A stretch of 63,728 nucleotides of DNA, counting the filler, from Octopus bimaculoides (lineage: Eukaryota): the NCBI RefSeq assembly GCF_001194135.2. It is 4 parts of 4 records of this genome, joined end to end, with 100 filler letters (N's around TTAATTAATTAA, not from the genome) between each part and the next. Parts side by side here need not be neighbours in the genome. Positions count along the whole stretch, not along the records: positions 1 to 23,774 come from NC_068987.1; positions 23,875 to 45,417 come from NC_068985.1; 2 more parts are not named here. One strand, written 5' to 3'. The translations under genes were made by a program, and so were the position numbers. Under the pieces are notes generated by a model. It was not told the DNA's origin. It was given only the letters and a program-made list of their open reading frames with translations, and ran no database searches. Shown here piece after piece: positions 13,752 to 26,602 of this stretch. Position 1 is the stretch's first letter. Each line of letters starts with the position of its first letter.

Positions 13752-14500
13752 CCACTGTCCATTTTTTCAAAAGTGTATGGCATGGGTCGAGGAGATTTGG
13801 CTATTGATTGTAATAGGTCTAATACCAACCTAGAATAGTAGAACTCACTAGAGACATTTCAGTATATAAACAAAATTGCACAATTAGTAAAGTATATAAC
13901 TGTATGTAAAATACACGCGCGCGCGTACTTAAACTAATCTTGTTAATCCATTGTAACTATATTTTCAACTTTAAAAAAGCGTATATGTCTATCGTCATAC
14001 GTAGATCGATATCATAACAGCTATACGGTGTAAATTTAGAAATGTATTTTGAACACAAAGTGGAAATTCATTTTACTTCCATTTGGTGCATTTTAAGTAA
14101 TCAGGGAAAATTTTCCCTTTCTCTAAATTCGCAAATTATGGTCAAAGGAAAGTAACAGATAATAAAAGAAGTGTGTCTCTTGATAGTTAGATCTGTTTGC
14201 TTATAGTGAAATTTGTCTTGATGAACAGAATAAATTCCAATGAAGAAAACAACTGCATATAGTTCAGTTCCATAAGAAACTCAAGAGGCAAGGACAGAAA
14301 AGGACAGAAAACGAAAACATATGTTCGAAAATACCGTATTCTTTCTATCATCGCTCGTATCTACATCGAAAAACAATTTCTCGTTCAGGATTGCTCTGAC
14401 TAGTTACGTAATATGAAATTGACGACATGATTACATTTATCGAACGTCTCTGACTTGGCGTTTAAATAAACTCAGTGTTTCAGAAGACTTTTCCCCACAG

Positions 14501-14570
14501 TACAGAAACCACACTTTTTGCTGACGTTTATAACTTATATAAGGCTTTATTAAAGATCACACAAATTCAG
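14501..14570 (+). CDS. Candidate internal exon (TETTLFADVYNLYKALLKITQIQ); product unknown
   Basis: Acceptor ttttccccacag, donor CAG|GTACCA; only one open frame (phase 2 to 0), compatible with the 3983 donor. Confidence 0.25.
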
Positions 14571-15745
14571 GTACCATTTGAAAACTATGGGTTCCTTCTC
14601 TTCTTTGATCTGTTTTGAGATAGAGTTAATAGAGCAAGGATAAATAACTTTTAAAATATTGCGCTACAATAATGTTTGGTGCTGTGAGTTCGATTTTATT
14701 GATTTTTAAACTTGAAGGTCACTTCATTTGATCAGCGCTAATGATATATTTTCCACATTGAACAAATAATGTTGATATCCCAAAGACATTGAAGAGAATT
14801 AATTTTGAAAATTTTGAGGTGAGCTCAATTATCCGTTCCTATTGTGCAATTCATTTATTATTATTGTTATTTATATGACACAAAAGATTTCGAGAGTTGA
14901 GTGAGCAATAGTATTTTAGGTGAGAGTGTACAAAACCTGTCGATGATAACATATGATTCTCTGAACCGTAAATCTCTGACTATCCCAGGCCTCAAAATGC
15001 AGACCACAGTCTTAAAGTAGGCTCTCCAGTTAATATTGTCAACAATTAGTTCTTAGTTTCTGGTATTGTTAAACGTCCTTAGAGTTTCTCCCGAGGGAAG
15101 AGAATATGGCTGTTTAAGCACATCCTCTTTTACGAAGTGGATGAGTTCAACTTTTTCCTCATCTAACACATAGCATATTTTTTCTTTTTCTTTTTTGTGG
15201 TGGTGGGGTCTCCTTAAGTTATGGCATATATATATCAGATAGGAGTTTTATCCGATTACCCACTCCACTGGTAACTTCCTAAAGTTAAGAGTCATCTCTG
15301 AAAATTTTAATTCGTTGTATCTGATAACATTTATGGTGTCATTTATGCAAATTATAAACAATAAGGGACGCAACAGAGTGCTTTAGGAGACACCACTAAC
15401 GACTTATTGTTGGAATCCAATGGATCTGTCAACTACATGTTGTGTTCATCTTGCCAGGAAACAATTAATGCAGTGCTGTAATTTTCTTTCTGGTCAAAGC
15501 TAACGAAGCTCGTAAAGTCTCGGTGGCATTCAGGTATAATACATCAGTGTTTGAGCCCTTTCCAAAACATTAACGATATCGATCGTCAAGGGCTGCAGAA
15601 ACTATCTTAAGCAATCAGGGTCACAACGAAATCCATGTTGGTTTGGATTTACGACATTATTAGCCACCTTGGAATCAGCTATTGTTATTCTTGATGTCCT
15701 TTCCTAATTTTTTTATATACACACGCGCACGCGCACACGCACATC

Positions 15746-15900
15746 CACTTGCCAAGATTATGCGGTATGGCAAGAGGAGCACCAAAGAAGAGGTACAACG
15801 ACACTACGACCAACACTAAACAACCAACCTTACTGAGCAGGTCCTGTGAAGCCGTGTCAGCTCGCCGTCCTGAATTTGACTCGTTGAGCATCAGCAAGTC
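15746..15900 (+). mobile_element. Decayed RTE LINE C-terminal fragment
   Basis: LPRLC..ARGAPKKRYNDT...EAVSARRPEF resembles the RTE consensus LPKQLLYG....RGxxKKRYKDTLK...WExLAxDR. Confidence 0.6.
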
Positions 15901-16069
15901 TGAAACGGACGAGGACATCCCGCTCCATAAATCTTCTCTCGCTCGTAAAACCAAAGAAGCTATATACATACGTACATACAAACATATATACATATATACA
16001 CACAGACAGATAGACACACATAGATTATATATATAGATATACACATATATATAGTCTTTTATTATTTTA

Positions 16070-16262
16070 TTTGTTTCAGTAATTTGACTGTGGCCATGCT
16101 GGAGCACCGCCTTCAGTTGAACAAATCGACTCAGGATCTTATTCTTTGTATGTGTAGTACTTGTTCTATAGGACTCATCTGCCGAGCCGTGAATTTACGG
16201 GAACGTAAACACACTAACATCGTTTGTCAAGAGATGTTGGGGGTACAAACACAGACACAAAC
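16070..16262 (-). mobile_element. SINE family A, 3' half
   Basis: tttgactgtggccatgctggagcaccgcc...gtcaag matches 35620-35830, 47040-47235, 61770-61990 and 62140-62345. Confidence 0.8.
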
Positions 16263-17862
16263 CAAACACATATACATACATGCATATATATATATATATA
16301 TATATATCTTGTTTGTTTATTTCACCGTTTCGTTTTCCTGTCTTGTTTTCCGTTCGCCACTACCCTCCACGAAGACAATTTAATTTGTGTTCGTGGGAAG
16401 AACCATTTTAACGATGCGTACTGCCTTAATTCTTCGAAACGCCGGGGTTTTAATGGTGGCAGCTGATGAAGGGGATGTTTCTATGTGGCCTGCTTGTTTG
16501 TTGCACCTTGTTTNNNNNNNNNNNNNNNNNNNNNNNNNNNNNNNNNNNNNNNNNNNNNNNNNNNNNNNNNNNNNNNNNNNNNNNNNNNNNNNNNNNNNNN
16601 NNNNNNNNNNNNNNNNNNNNNNNNNNNNNNNNNNNNNNNNNNNNNNNNNNNNNNNNNNNNNNNNNNNNNNNNNNNNNNNNNNNNNNNNNNNNNNNNNNNN
16701 NNNNNNNNNNNNNNNNNNNNNNNNNNNNNNNNNNNNNNNNNNNNNNNNNNNNNNNNNNNNNNNNNNNNNNNNNNNNNNNNNNNNNNNNNNNNNNNNNNNN
16801 NNNNNNNNNNNNNNNNNNNNNNNNNNNNNNNNNNNNNNNNNNNNNNNNNNNNNNNNNNNNNNNNNNNNNNNNNNNNNNNNNNNNNNNNNNNNNNNNNNNN
16901 NNNNNNNNNNNNNNNNNNNNNNNNNNNNNNNNNNNNNNNNNNNNNNNNNNNNNNNNNNNNNNNNNNNNNNNNNNNNNNNNNNNNNNNNNNNNNNNNNNNN
17001 NNNNNNNNNNNNNNNNNNNNNNNNNNNNNNNNNNNNNNNNNNNNNNNNNNNNNNNNNNNNNNNNNNNNNNNNNNNNNNNNNNNNNNNNNNNNNNNNNNNN
17101 NNNNNNNNNNNNNNNNNNNNNNNNNNNNNNNNNNNNNNNNNNNNNNNNNNNNNNNNNNNNNNNNNNNNNNNNNNNNNNNNNNNNNNNNNNNNNNNNNNNN
17201 NNNNNNNNNNNNNNNNNNNNNNNNNNNNNNNNNNNNNNNNNNNNNGGGTGTCTGAGTCTGTGTGCGTGTGCGTGCTCGAGCGTGTAGTGGGGTAAGTATA
17301 TGTGATATGAGCCAATGAATTCAGTGTGCTTCTGTAAACATTGGGAAGGCCCAGTATGATATAACGAGACTGTCGAAAGTATTCATGGTTCAGCTGAGCT
17401 GGATATGTGAAATCATCCCTTGAGTTTTTGATTAAAGAAGGCCAACTTGATTTATCCCTAGATACGCGGCATGAAAACAAAGTATGAAGTAGAGTTTTGA
17501 CAACCCATTAGTTTATGAAACTCATTTTTAAAATCTAAACACCCATATATGTGTGTGATAGGGGTGCGTGTGTGTGTATGTATACACATACATACACATA
17601 CATACATGCATGTGTTCATACATACACATACATGTGTTCATATAAGTTCATGTCTATGTTTAAATATGTCTGTCTCTCTCTGTGTACATGTGTATATGTA
17701 TACGTGTGTGTGAATAAATTTAATGTCTGTTTTTATACGTAGTTTAACACATAAAATAGTGAAATATTAATTGAGGGATCATTCAATGCACTTAAGTACA
17801 GTATCACATTTCTTCCAATTTTCGTTATAATTGACGAAACTTCGAAATCACTATCAAAATTA

Positions 17863-17898
<36 letters not shown>

Positions 17899-17900
<2 letters not shown>

Positions 17901-18350
17901 AAATAAGCAAGAAAGATATCCAAAGTTAATGCAGTACGATCGTTTCATGCGACTCCATTTATTTAAGCAATGTGAACATTACATCAAATGTAAAATGCAA
18001 AGCAATCCTCAGCTGCACAAATATATAGAAATTTACTGAAATTACATTTCAACAGAAGGACATATTTTTATAACTACATTTAAACTCTCCAAGTGGAAAG
18101 GAAGAATACAAAAAACATTTTGACTTAGCCAGACCATACAGGTCTTCGAAACATATGTCAGAAGTAAAAGAATTTGAATAACACCTGCGTTTAACTCCAT
18201 TTATTGATTTATACTATACAAACTACTGCACATTAACACGGAGTTTCTGCCTTTGAACAGGTTGCTACATCCTTGTTACTTGTGTGAATTTTGCTACCCT
18301 GGTAACTGTTTATTGAATTTTCCGTGTTAACTGTAAACAAAGGAAAATTC
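17899..18350. mobile_element. Unclassified interspersed element, possibly Penelope-like
   Basis: Contains gcatGAAACGATCGTActgc (minus, ~17930-17952) and tcGAAACATATGTCagaa (plus, ~18148-18165), minimal-hammerhead-like 3' halves. No RT or GIY-YIG peptide recognised. Confidence 0.3.
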
Positions 18351-18374
18351 ACTCATCCATTCACACATATATAC

Positions 18375-18450
<76 letters not shown>

Positions 18451-18504
18451 ATTTATGTATGCATGTATGTATGTATGTATGTATGTATGTATGTATGTAT
18501 GTAT

Positions 18505-19565
18505 ATGATGGACTTCCCAGTCGGTTTCGAGGTGTGAGGATCCGACACTTTTTTGTCAGTCATAATGATTATGTCGAATGTGAAATTTGAATCCTGCCAA
18601 CGATTTGCAAAGAAGCCAGCAGATGTTGCAAGTATGAGGATTGCGGGTCAGTGCAGGCGGTATATTTGCAGCCACTTTTCTTCTTGGCTTCGCACCCTTA
18701 AGCCTGTTACTGCTCATTGAAACAAAGTCTCCTATACCATTTTGACGCGACGATCTCCATTTTATTCGTTCCGAGGCTGTTTACTCAAAGTTGTTTTGGG
18801 CTATATTGACTCTTCAGCTTGTCCTTATATCCGTGCCATGTTCGACCAACATTCTTGTGCCCACTATCAAGCTGGCTGTACACGAGAACTTTAGGTGTTC
18901 TTTCATCATTCATTCTGACGACATAGGCAACTCAGCACAATTGTGACTGCACTAGGAAGCTTTCGATTCCACCAATATTTCACTTGCTAAACAGGTCGAC
19001 GTTAGACACTCTCTTTACGTGAATAACTGTATATTGTCCTGAAAGAGACTTTGTGGAAGACATCTAGTTGGTTAATGTGTTACCTATAGAGTGTCTGCGA
19101 TTCCGAACCATACAAGAGAATCATAAGAATTGCAGCTATAGGCCTGTACTTTGGTGTCAAGTTTAATACCCCTTTCATTCCATAGACGATTCCGGAGTTT
19201 GCCAAATGCGTTCGTTGCTTTCGCAAGACGGTTGACGATTTCATCATTAAGGGAAGCGTTCGAGCTCATTTCACTATCATGTAAATTACTTCATATACTT
19301 TGAGCTTTTCTCGCCAACCTGTATAGGAGTGTCAGGGGAATAGTGAACCGGCTGCCTCTGCTTAACGCCTCGAATTTACTTAGGAGTAGGGCAAGGTTGG
19401 TGGATCACTTCTGTCTTCTTTAAGTTGATGGTCAAACTGAGGGCTTTACATGCAGCAGAAAACCGGTCTTGAAGTTCCTGAGCTTCCTCTAAGAAGTCGC
19501 TACTAGTACAAGTTGCCGATTTTGACGTATGGGGCATCAAAAGATTCAGTAATCTTTCGGCTACC
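18505..19565 (-). mobile_element. 5'-truncated, decayed RTE LINE (RT C-half, thumb, single C-terminal C2H2-like finger, (ACAT)n tail)
   Basis: EEAQELQDRFSAACKALSLTINLKKTEV; RLAKATNAFGKLRNRLWNERGIKLDTKV; RMNDERTPKVLVYSQL; HTCNICWLLCKSLAGFKFHIRHNH; ends ...gaagtccatcat then microsatellite. Confidence 0.92.
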
Positions 19566-19699
19566 AAATAAACTTTATTTTTATTTACATATTTGCATTA
19601 CAAAAATTTAGCATTATAATCTTTCTATAAGTCAGCTATCATAAACGACATTTTATACCACCACCACGACATTACATTTTCTATATGAGTATGTGTCTG

Positions 19700-20490
<791 letters not shown>

Positions 20491-20504
20491 ATATGTGTAT
20501 GAGT

Positions 20505-20601
<97 letters not shown>

Positions 20602-20604
20602 TTT

Positions 20605-22586
20605 CCATGTTCGTTGTGTCTATAGTAAATTATAGTAAAAGACATTTTACGCGGTCTTAATAAGCCCACAGCTAATGAAGTAGCCATCCTTATGGTTGGT
20701 GATCCTCATGAAAATCGTGATATTCTCATTCGTGCTCGAGATAACAACCTTAACCATGTTTCAGAGACTCATCTCTCTTACGATGCTCTCCAGTATCCTC
20801 TTATTTTGTAGAAGGGACAAGATGGGTATCATTTCAATATTCCACAGATTGAACCTACAACAGGAGAGCCAATTTCAAACAAAAAAGGTGTCGTCAAATG
20901 ACTTCTATTCTTACCCACTGATGTTAAGACCTGAACAATCAAATCAATTACACATGTATCGTGATCTATTTCAGCAATACTTGGTTGATATGTATGCTAA
21001 AGTTGAAAGTGAGCGTCTCCACTACATTCGTAACAATGAAAAAAAGTCAAGGGCTAAAAATTATGTTCATCTCCAAGATGCTCTAAGGACAGATGGTGAT
21101 ATTCAAAACATGGGGCAACTTATAATCCTCCCATCATCACTCACAGGTGGTCATCGATATATGCACCAACGAACACAAGATGCTATGACATATGTCAGGA
21201 TATATGGAAAACCAGATCTTTTTGTCATTTTCACCATTCAATCCTAAATGAGAGGAAGTAAAATCTAACCTTCCAATGTTGCATCTTCTGGTGTTGCAAC
21301 TATCCTCCTCAATGGGGTAAGAACTGCTCATTCCATGTTCAAGTTTCCTCTAAACCTTGCAATGAAATAATCCCAAACGTGTAACATTTCCAAAAATTCT
21401 GCAATAGTAACAGTTCTCCACCAAAGATGCCTCATTACTTGGGAGGAGTGCACTATGTCACATCGTGGAAATCTAGAGATACTTGACCGTACCCTCAAGG
21501 ACATAAAAAAAACAACAGCACGCTCATGCGAGGAGTAACAGTTCTTCTTGCAGGAGATTTTCGTCAAACGTTGCCAGTTATCCCCCAAAGAATCAAAAGC
21601 TGATGAGGCAATGCATGCTTAAATAAATCGTACCTTTGGAGACATGTGAAAAATATTCATCTTATAAGCAACATGAGAGTACTTCTACAAGAGGATCATA
21701 CGAGCTTTTTAAGATTGGTAATGGGATATTAACATTCAACTCAAGACTTCAGCTACATGAAATTACATGCGGTCAAATGATACTTAGAGATCTTATGGAT
21801 AAAGTATTTCTTAATTTATCTGTCAATTACACTAATGTAACCTGGCTATGTGAAAGAGCTATGCAGGCTCCAACTAATGAAATGGTTGATAGACTCAATC
21901 ATGAAATTCTTCAAAAGTTGGCAGATACATCAGAGATGACATTTTGATCAATTGACAACAGTCGATGGAGATCAGTTTGTTCAATTTCTGAACACATGAA
22001 CCCACTTGGGAAGCCACCGCATAACTTGGCACTAAAGTTGGGTCCTCCCATTATGTTGCTTAGGAATCTTGACCCCTCTCACCTGTGTTGTGGAACTCAC
22101 TTAATCGTTACTTCCATGAAGAGACAGCAATCATAAAAGGTAGTCACAAATTAGAAAAAGTCTTCATTCCAAAAATTCCTCTCATACCTACAGAAGTTCC
22201 ATTTGAATTCAAGACGCTTCAGTTTCCAGTCAGACTAAGTTTTAATATTTCAATTAACAAATCTCAGGGTCAGTCCCTCAAGGTAGTTGGATTTGATCTC
22301 TCTATCACATACTTCTCCCACGGCCAACTCTATGTTGCTTGCTTGTGGGTTGGAAGCAACAACAATTTATTCATTTCGACACTAACAAAAAAAATTACAC
22401 AATGAATATTGTTTACCCTGAGGTGCTTCAAGATTGACAGATTTTCAGTTCGAAATTCTATTATCATTACAATTCGGATATTCTTTAATAAAATATAGAT
22501 ATTTTGAAATAATTATGAGAATATATCTTTATATTTATTGTTTACTAATCTAAGAACAGCATCTGAATAAGAACCCGGCAACGGGT
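20605..22586 (+). mobile_element. Internally deleted, decayed Helitron (Rep/Pif1-type helicase remnants)
   Basis: NKPTANEVAIL; YDALQYPL; LFQQYLVDMYAKVESERLHYIR; ILPSSLTGGHRYMHQRTQDAMTYVRIYGKPDLF; RTAHSMFKFPL; AGDFRQTLPVIP; QFPVRLSFNISINKSQGQSL..FSHGQLYVA; degraded 3' hairpin acccggcaacgggt. Confidence 0.95.
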
Positions 22587-22725
22587 GTGTGTGCGTGTGT
22601 ATTAGAATTTTTGCTTCAATCAGCGTAATATATGTGTGTGGTTAAACGTTGTGAATCTGCGGCATTTTGTCCAATGTAAATTAAGAAACGTATTGGGTTT
22701 GGAAACACTTTAGATCTCAAAGCTT

Positions 22726-23418
22726 GGCGAAACGAAATTACGCCAGAAGTGAAAGAGAGACAGATATTTATAATTCATGGTCATTTTTGTTCTCAGTGAC
22801 ACAAACTCAAGCACTATCGAAGTGACCTGCTTCTACCAGCTTCAGATATGCAAACAAATAGGATATCAGCTATTTGCAGATATGCAATATGCGTCACACA
22901 AGAAAAAAAAATTAGAAGTTTTGTTTGAAACAGCTTAGATGATTATTAATAAGACATACTTAATGTACGTGCATGGTTAAATGCTGTGAAGCTGAGGTAC
23001 TTCGTACAGAGTAAACCCAAACACAGTCTACTTCAAAAGTAGGCGAAATGAAATCGCTCCGGAAGTGAAAGAGAGTGACAACTTTCGATATTTCGCGGTC
23101 ATTTCCCTTCCTCAGTGCTACACAGTGCTTTTAAGTACAATATGTTTTAATGGGGTTTATCTTGGACAAAGTACATGCATTAAATATGTCATATTAATAA
23201 TGTTTACATTATTTAAGCTGTTTCGAACAAAAATTCTAATTTTGTTTTCCTTGTACAACACATACGCACATTAGTAAAATAGTTTTTAAGCTATCTGTAT
23301 ACATAGCTCTAACTGGCCGAAGCAGGTCGTTTCGGTGGTGGATGAGTGCGGATAGCAGCGCTTAATATTAAGAAATTAAATTGGACAGGTTAAATTACTT
23401 TTAATTATTCGAGTAATA
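22726..23418 (+). promoter_or_regulatory. Probable promoter/5' UTR of a plus-strand host gene
   Basis: ETS-type CCGGAAGTG at 23059-23067 with a degenerate copy at 22743; locally CpG-retaining; lies directly upstream of an ATG exon with a perfect donor. Confidence 0.45.
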
Positions 23419-23438
23419 ATGGCAACCCCTACGTTTAT
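23419..23438 (+). CDS. Probable first coding exon (MATPTF + AT, phase 2) of an unidentified gene
   Basis: aataATGG strong start context; donor GTAAGT at 23439. Confidence 0.5.
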
Positions 23439-23874
23439 GTAAGTATTATATCTCAATCTCGTATAGATACTACTACAACATTTATTTCCCCCTTCAAATG
23501 GTAACAATAATACTAAATCAATAAACTATGACTCCTCAGTTAATAGTGCTAATAGGATATCTAACTGTAGGGATCCAACTAAGTATTTTTTAAACTGTCT
23601 TAAAACTAATTTAGTTTATAATTGTACAGTTACGACACCAAATAAACAAATAAAGTAAATTACTATATCGGTGTTATTATTACTGCAATCATCGTACCGA
23701 GCCAAAATAATGCAGCAGAGAATATAAATCCAGCAGTGATTATCTGACCCAAGAATTATATATGTGTGTATATANNNNNNNNNNNNNNNNNNNNNNNNNN
23801 NNNNNNNNNNNNNNNNNNTTAATTAATTAANNNNNNNNNNNNNNNNNNNNNNNNNNNNNNNNNNNNNNNNNNNN

Positions 23875-23921
<47 letters not shown>

Positions 23922-24699
23922 GTATACATATGTGTTTATATATATGTGTATATATATGTATATATATAAAGCATTGCTGGTGGTTGAACATGAAGTAAAG
24001 CTATAAATGTAAATATTGGGATTAAAATCCCTTTGGATAGAAATACTTGAAGGTTGCCTGTGGGACTTAAACCAAGAAAGCAATTCTTTCAATTTCTCTG
24101 TTGATTTTAGAAGTTTTTTTCTTCTTACCAGTAAGAATTCTATGTTGTTTATGTAAAAAAATTTTTAAGCCAATATTTGCACACCATTATTTATAACTTT
24201 ATTTACATTATATTCCATTGTTAAAAGCAATTTATTTCATGTCTCTTGAAGTTTCTTCAGCTAGCTAAAGTTCATTGCATCCACCTCAACTTTTTCATCT
24301 CTAATCACTCTTCATACATTAGTGCAGCGCACCATAACCTTTTTTCACTTGCATTACACTTATATCCTTTTCAAAATTCAGTGACACACCTGAACTAAAA
24401 ATATAACAAAAATTATAGGGAAATATGTTATATTCAGGTTATACATTGTTTCATGGCACACTAGTGTGTTGCAGCATACTGGTTGTGGAGCACTGCACTA
24501 GTGCACTGACCTACCTTACTTTTCTCTCCATATTTACCTTGTACCTTGATAGTACACCCCCATAATCTCTCTTTCTCTCTCTCTCTCTCTGTTCACCTGG
24601 GGAAGTCATGTAATCACTTCTTCTGCAAGACACCTGTTCGTGGTCCTCCATTATATGTTCAGTACTGTATTTCACTCAGTTGAGCGGGGAGGTCTTGTC

Positions 24700-24895
24700 T
24701 TATGAGTACTTGGCAACCTCGCTAGTGCTGGTGCCATATAAAAAACACCTATTAATCTTTGTAAAGTGGTTGGCTTTAAATAAAAAGCATCCAGGTGTAG
24801 AAACCATGCAAAAGCAGACACTGGAAGTCACTGCAGTTCTCTGGCTCACTGAACCATCCATCCCATGTCAGCATGGAAAAAAGGTACAATGATTA
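24700..24895 (+). mobile_element. Old copy of the RTE 3'-UTR/tail family (family C)
   Basis: gtgcc..taaaaaacacc...gtggttggc...gcatccag.tgtagaaacc...catccatcccatgtcagcatggaaaa resembles 58980-59150. Confidence 0.6.
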
Positions 24896-24915
24896 TATAT
24901 ATACAAATGACAATG

Positions 24916-24957
<42 letters not shown>

Positions 24958-24958
<1 letters not shown>

Positions 24959-25355
24959 TGATTTAACGTCTGTTTTCCATGTTGGCATGGGTTGTACGGT
25001 TTGACAGGAGCTGACCAGATGAAGGGCTGTTCAGGCTTCCTATTAATTTTGGCATGCTTTCTATGGCTGAATGCCCTTCTTTAATACCAACCACATTACA
25101 TAGTGTACTGGGTGATCTTATGCAGCACTGGCATGGGTGCATTTTATTTGGCACCAGCACTTATGAGCCTACCAGATTAGGTATGCTCAGCTGGAGAGGG
25201 ATGCAGGGGATAGCCTGTATGCAAAGATAACCATGCTTTTACTTCACTTGACATGTCTCTTCAAGCACAGCAGACTGTCAGGAGTATTGGTCCCTCGTCA
25301 TCCCCTCTGTGAGTCCCAGTGTCAGTAGATTCTTTCTCACCACTTCGTCCCACAT
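24958..25355 (-). mobile_element. RTE LINE 3' end (last ORF2 codons plus 3' UTR), diverged
   Basis: WDEVVRKNLLTLGLTEGMTRD..VLEETCQVK* parallels WDEVVKHNLQTLGITKAMTSD..VLEKAQQAK* at 58550-58660. Confidence 0.8.
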
Positions 25356-25662
25356 ATGTTTATATAGCAAATTCATTTGGGTTTTAATCTTAGAGTTTAC
25401 CCTCAGACAATAATCCTGAGATTGTTTGTTTTATCAAACACGTGTTTGAAAATCAACAAATATCCAGTTTTTTTTAACAATTATGAACAAGAATAATGGA
25501 ATAAGCAAGCCTTTTATTACTTCAATTTACAACTGTTTTATTTGAATTCGAGCTCATCAATATTTCTATATTTTGCAACTATATATGCAACTATTGATTC
25601 ATGGGCTGTCATTGTAAAAACATGCACCAAGTTTGACATTAGAATTATGTATAAAAGTCATT

Positions 25663-25765
25663 TTAAGGATTTATAACATTGAAAATTCAATATTTTCTAT
25701 TTCCTTATATCAGGTAAAGCAGCTATTTAAGCTTTTAGATATAATGCAAAATAAAGACCTTCATT
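25663..25765 (+). repeat. Left arm of a 103-bp inverted repeat (partner 29119-29221)
   Basis: Ungapped alignment with about 13 mismatches in 103 nt by hand count. Confidence 0.9.
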
Positions 25766-26252
25766 TTATGCAAAATTCTGGAGAACCAAATTTGGTACAG
25801 GCTTTTACAATGACATTTCATGAATCCTGTATATATTATTGCTTCATATTGCAATATTCATGAGATTGAATTCAGACGAAACAATTGTAAACTAACATTA
25901 GTAAAGGATTTGCTCACAACTTTCTTCATGTTTGCATACATACAAGCATATAAATGAACATGTGTGTGTGTGTGTGTGTGTGCACATGCATAAACACAAG
26001 CATAAGACTTGTGTGATCTGAAGATATTCGTATAAGTTTTCTGAGAATGTTATTTTGCTTTTACCAAACATTAAGTTACTTATTGTTGTCATTGAATAAG
26101 ATGCTGTGATAGTTCACATCACTAGCCACCAGTGGTGTGCACTCTCAGACATGCAAGCTATGCGTCGCATTACCTGTTATATAATCGGAAAATTAGATAA
26201 AATAGTTACTTTCTTGCAAAAAAATAATCCGTCCAGTTTTCGAAATATTCTG

Positions 26253-26602
26253 ACTCCCCTTCCCCTCTCTCAGTGACTAATAAAAGCTTTGAGAAGGTAT
26301 GCATTGAGAATCCAGCATATAGACACTCCCTAAGTCCCTATCTATGTTAGTTTGTCCTTCCTTCCTTCTCCCCCTCTCTCTCTCTCTCTTAGTGACCTGT
26401 CAAAAGATATGCTAAGACCGAACTCCCCTTCCCCTCTCTCAGTGACTAGTAAAAGCTTTGAGAAGGTATGCATTGAGAATCCAGCATATAGACACTCCCT
26501 AATTCCCTATCTATGTTAGTTTGTCCTTCCTTCCTTTCCCTCTCCCCCTCTCTCTCTCTCTCTCTCTCTCTTAGTAACTGTCAAAAGATATGCTAAGACC
26601 GA
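26253..26602 (+). repeat. Near-identical tandem duplication (~170-180 bp x2) inside the hAT element
   Basis: Units 26253-26421 and 26422-26602 differ mainly in (CT)n length. Confidence 0.95.

Noticed and set aside
23775-23874. TTAATTAATTAA embedded in N runs (also 45462-45473 and 57782-57793)
   Set aside because: Identical 44N + 12 + 44N = 100-bp layout at all three sites, with stops in all six frames: a scaffolding spacer, not biology.
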